A DNA stretch of 64,000 bases from the human T2T-CHM13v2.0 reference genome, Homo sapiens: assembly GCF_009914755.1 (NCBI RefSeq), contig NC_060934.1. One strand, 5' to 3'. The notes beneath the pieces were generated by a model. The model saw only the letters and a program-made list of their open reading frames with translations. It was not told the DNA's origin and made no database searches. Position 1 is the stretch's first letter, and the number at the start of each line of letters is the position of its first letter. The position numbers and the translations under genes are program-made. Shown piece after piece: positions 60,114-64,000 of this stretch.

Positions 60114-61080
60114 TACTCACTGCTGTTGGCGCTGCAGTATGCTCTTCATATTATACCACTCTGGCATTATGTAACAGGCGTTATGTATTATTGAGAACTC
60201 ATTAGAAAACTCTTCATATCCTTTGACCTTTTGTGGAATTTACCCAAAATTCTAGGTGGTTATCAGTCATTGCAAAACCAACCTCAGTTCCATCTCTAGG
60301 AGGGAGATATGCAGACTACAGTTAAATATTTTAAAGTTTATACAAAATAATGCCCACCCAAAACTTACACAATAGAAGCATGTAAAAAGTTTCTATTCAT
60401 AGAAAGAGGGATGGCATAAAAGTTGGTATCATGTAACTATGTTCAGTATGATGTCATAAAAAATTTATACAGGAAAAAGTGAAAGGAAATTAATTCATGA
60501 TGTTAAGAGTGATTATCACTAGGGTTATGGGAATGGGTGTGATTTGGGTTTTCTCCAACAAGCATGAGAATGTAAGTGATGAAAACTAGAGAGACGGGAG
60601 TCGAGCAGAGACAGAAATGCTAAAAATTTAAACATACTGAGTTAACACATTTTCCTAGTAGTGATAGAATTTTCAGGGAAGCAAGAAACCAAGAAAATTC
60701 TGGCTGCTACCTAATTTTAATGAAGTTGGCGATTATCTGCCCACAAGGTATGAGAAGTATAGATGTGCATTGCTCTACAAATATACAACGCAATAAGGCC
60801 CACTCGAAATTCATGAAAGGCTTGCCAAGCCACATGGCTTGATTGGTCGTAGGTAGATGCATGATGTCCCTCTTAGAATGAGGCCCATGTTTAAAATCCA
60901 CATTTACAAAAGGAGTAGGTACAATTGTGATGTTTTGAGGTAACCAAAGTGTGTCATGAAAAAGAACGTCAAGAAGAAAGGCAGAGGAACTCATGAGTTT
61001 GAATGGTTAAACTGAAGGCAAGAAAAAGTCCTAAGAATAAAACTGAAAAATATTTTAATATGCCTATGTATCTTTCACAG

Positions 61081-61262
61081 AGTGGATTCAACTGCACATA
61101 AGAAGAACATAATGTTGAAGTCATTTCAGAGTGCAAATATCATTGAATTGCTTCATTATCACCAGTGTGACTCTCGATCATCAACAAAAGCAGAAATTCT
61201 GAAATGTTTGCTAAACCTGCAAATTCAGCATATTGATGCCAGGTTTGCTGTCCTCCTAACAG
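61081..61262 (+). CDS. TASOR2: TASOR2 exon: [13 protein letters not shown]...DARFAVLLT
   Basis: ORF 61082-61429; tttcacag acceptor, CAG|gtaatt donor. Confidence 0.94.
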
Positions 61263-61349
61263 GTAATTCACAGGCGCATTTTACTCAGTTAATGCCAAAA
61301 TTGGTCAGCTCTAGGAATGTCAAAGTTAGATACCTGATGAAGAGTATCA

Positions 61350-61530
61350 GGTATCTAAATGGCTTGGCATCCCATGGATACCAGAATCACCCAAATCTGC
61401 TGAAGCTGAAGCCCTTATATAAAATGTAGTATTTGCAGGTAACTACACAATCCTCCTATGTATGTAAGTCAGTTCTAGATTACTTATAATACTCAATACA
61501 GTATAAGTAGTTATACTGTATTATTTTTTA
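61350..61530. mobile_element. MER2/Tigger-like fragment
   Basis: cccttatataaaatg...tctagattacttataatac motif. Confidence 0.6.
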
Positions 61531-61542
61531 AATCAATACTGG

Positions 61543-62058
61543 GGCTGGGTGCAGTGGCTCACACCTGTAATCCCAGCACTTTGGGAGGCCGAGGCGGGCG
61601 GATCACTTGAGGTCAGGAGTTAGAGACCAGCCTAGCCAACATGGTGAAACCCCATCTCTACTAAAAATACAAAAATTAGTCAGGTGTGGTGGTTCATGCC
61701 AGTAGTCCCAGCTACTTGGGAGGCCAAGGCAGGAGAATGGCTTGAACCCCGGAGGCAGAGGTTGCTTTTAAAAAATTTGTGGGGCAGCCAGGGACAGTGG
61801 CTCACGCCTGTAATGCCAGCACTTTGGGAGGCTGAAGCAGGTGGATCACTGAGCCCAGGAATTTGAGGCCAGCCTGGGCAACTTAGCGAGACCTCATCTC
61901 TACAGAAGTTGGCAGGTGTGGTGATGTGTGCCTATAGTCCTAGCTACTTGGGTTAAGGCAGAAGGATTGCTCGAGGCTGCAGTGAGCCGTCATCACACCA
62001 CTGCACTGTACTGGGTGGCAGAACAAGACCCTATCTATCTTTAAAAAAAAAAAAAAAA
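61543..62058 (+). mobile_element. 3'-truncated AluS (61543-61765) followed by AluJ (61786-62058)
   Basis: Two sense Alu bodies. Confidence 0.88.
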
Positions 62059-62322
62059 GTGTTAAGAAAAATTTACGTAAAGAACCATAGTTATCATTTT
62101 TCAGGGATTTTTTTTCAGTACTTTAACCACCACCCCCGATGGAGGCATCTATTTCCAAAGCTTCAAATCTTTTCTTAATTTGGAACCCAACACCTTTTCT
62201 CCCCCTACCCCCCACACGAGGAAGTTCCACAGATTTTTTAAAATAAAAAACCAGGTCCTGTTATATAAAAGTACATTAGTTATATTAACCAAAAGTTTTT
62301 TTTTTTTTTTTTTTTTTAACAG

Positions 62323-62437
62323 ACAAGCCTACTATCCCCAGAGAAGTCTTTGAAAATAATGGAATCCTTGTTACAGATGTAAATAACTTTATAGAAAACA
62401 TAGAAAAAATAGCAGCTCCATTTAGGAGTAGCTATTG
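62323..62437 (+). CDS. TASOR2: TASOR2 penultimate exon: [37 protein letters not shown](W)
   Basis: Poly-T tract + aacag acceptor, TTG|gtaaga donor. Confidence 0.93.
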
Positions 62438-62819
62438 GTAAGAACACTTTTTATGTAACTTTCCCATGTGAGTTGGAGTTGTTGATGGCAAATATTGACA
62501 TTTGTGTCTAAGGGAAACAGTTGGGAAACTGTTGTTTACATACTTCATGCTATAAATTTAAAGTGTTTGTTTAGGGGTGGAATTGCTATTTGGCATAAAT
62601 AGGAATTCCTAAATTATCACTAAATGAAGTAACCATCTACTAAAATTACCTATTTTATCTAATGTGCATTTTCACTTGCTGTTAACTTGGATCGTCAGTA
62701 CAGAACATAATGTAACCTTAGAATGCATAGGCGTTTTCCCCATTAGAGCATCCCGCTTATAAAATATTTCTTGTTCGTATTATTTTAAGAAGTTCTTTAT
62801 CAATTTTGTGTTTCTTCAG

Positions 62820-62823
62820 GTGA
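62820..62823 (+). CDS. TASOR2: TASOR2 last exon coding part: final G of Trp codon + TGA stop
   Basis: tttcttcag|G TGA; brings spliced CDS to 7293 nt = 2430 aa + stop. Confidence 0.88.
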
Positions 62824-62857
62824 CTCAACTACAGCCTGCCTGGATATGGATGATGCC

Positions 62858-62863
62858 AATAAA
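62858..62863 (+). terminator. Candidate proximal polyadenylation signal AATAAA
   Basis: Hexamer about 35 nt after the stop codon. Confidence 0.4.
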
Positions 62864-63508
62864 AAATTAGTATTTTCCCTTTGGAAAACTTGTGAACATG
62901 TGAATACACATGTGAACAGTCTTACATTTGAAAAACCAATGTTCTACAACTTGGAAAGTTTTCATTTTTTATATTTTGCTGAAATATGTCACAGTGGCAT
63001 TGCAGTTGTCTGTTAGCTTTGGGTTGCAGTGCTAGATATTGTTTTAAATTATTTTCATTTTAAACAAGATGCCTTCTAAGCTATTGAGCTTATTAAAAAT
63101 AATTTTACATGTTTACTTAGTTGGAGCAAAAATAAGTCTATTTTAACAAATAGCTTTGTTTTTGCATGCTAATGTCAGAAAGGCATACGATGCACATTAT
63201 GCTGTTTTAAAGGTTTTACCACCCTTGTAAAAACTATAATCTTAAATGGTTTTATTTGCTGTTACACAAACAACACTACATAAAACATTTTTTCCTAAAT
63301 GGTACAAATTTATAAACTATCATTTTTCACTTACGGTATTTGTAAATACTACACTACAAAAATCAGCTTTCTGAGAAAGAAATAATCATTTATTTATGAT
63401 ATTGAAAATTTCTACAGTAAACACTCAAAACCAAGCAAAAAACATTTGTAAGATACACGGTATCTATTTGGAGCAACGGTTTTTGTAACTAATGTGTTTC
63501 ATTTTTTA

Positions 63509-63514
63509 AATAAA
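63509..63514 (+). terminator. Distal polyadenylation signal AATAAA
   Basis: Canonical hexamer with upstream TGTA motifs and T-rich sequence downstream. Confidence 0.75.
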
Positions 63515-64000
63515 GACAACTAAAAATAATCTCTTTCTGCAATGATTTTTATAGCAGAAATTGACTTATCTGGAGTGTTCTAGCAATTTTTAGGTCATTT
63601 AGCAGAACAGTAAGCTTCCAGAGGAAACCTACACTTCTATCCTTTGGGCCTGGCCTGTTCTGTTTCTGGGTTCTTTCCGCAGTCAAGTACACCGAGTAAC
63701 AGGTTAAAGAATGGCAGTTTCACCTGGCCTTTACAGGGACACTTACTTCTTTCAGAAGTCATTAAGTCGGCTTTTATTATTCCTAAACAAAAGAGCTTTA
63801 TTTTCTCATGAGTAGGTTTTAGAGTTTTAATTGTTGACAATTTTTCAGTTACTAATAGAACCCCAGTCATTTCATTTTATTTTTCCAAGGACAAGAGTCT
63901 ATTAAGGGAACCATTAACTATTCAGTACAGTGAATTACTTTCAGATTACTAAGGAAAAGGAAAGTGAGCAGTTATAAGATGCCAAACACCTATCTATCTG

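Larger units (their letters stand above)
62824..63530 (+). other. TASOR2: TASOR2 3'UTR (approximate end)
   Basis: AU-rich, no recognisable repeats; AATAAA at 62858 and 63509, ATTAAA at 63092; Pumilio-type TGTAAATA at 63341; ATTTATTTA at 63388. Confidence 0.8.

Noticed and set aside
63530-64000. 3' end of the convergent neighbouring gene (GDI2, from memory)
   Set aside because: No GDI2 sequence recognisable in the window; it would lie further downstream

Overview
Human (primate) genomic DNA: AT-rich, about 35 Alu copies, plus L1, L2/MIR, MaLR and Tigger/MER fragments. It contains almost all of one + strand gene, TASOR2 (FAM208B/C10orf18), the paralogue of the HUSH subunit TASOR. I reconstructed 18 GT-AG exons by hand, from ATG 20423 (MAPPAHKS...) to TGA 62821-62823. 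They total 7293 nt = 2430 aa + stop, matching the canonical length I recall, and include a 20-nt microexon and a 3849-nt giant exon. The main result lies upstream of that ATG: six further exons (9316-20177) plus the first 99 nt of the ATG exon splice into one stop-free, Met-free frame of 259 codons, in frame with the canonical ORF. This frame encodes a TASOR-type pseudo-PARP (DUF3715-like) domain, and its start codon would lie outside the window or be non-AUG. Other leads: a candidate in-frame 21-nt microexon, a possible recursive-splice site at the giant exon, a last intron whose retention leaves the protein unchanged, two HCF-1-binding motifs, an E-box/bZIP motif cluster, and inverted Alu pairs. 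No promoter or first exon, RNA gene or CRISPR array is visible. Repeat subfamilies and boundaries are by-eye estimates.
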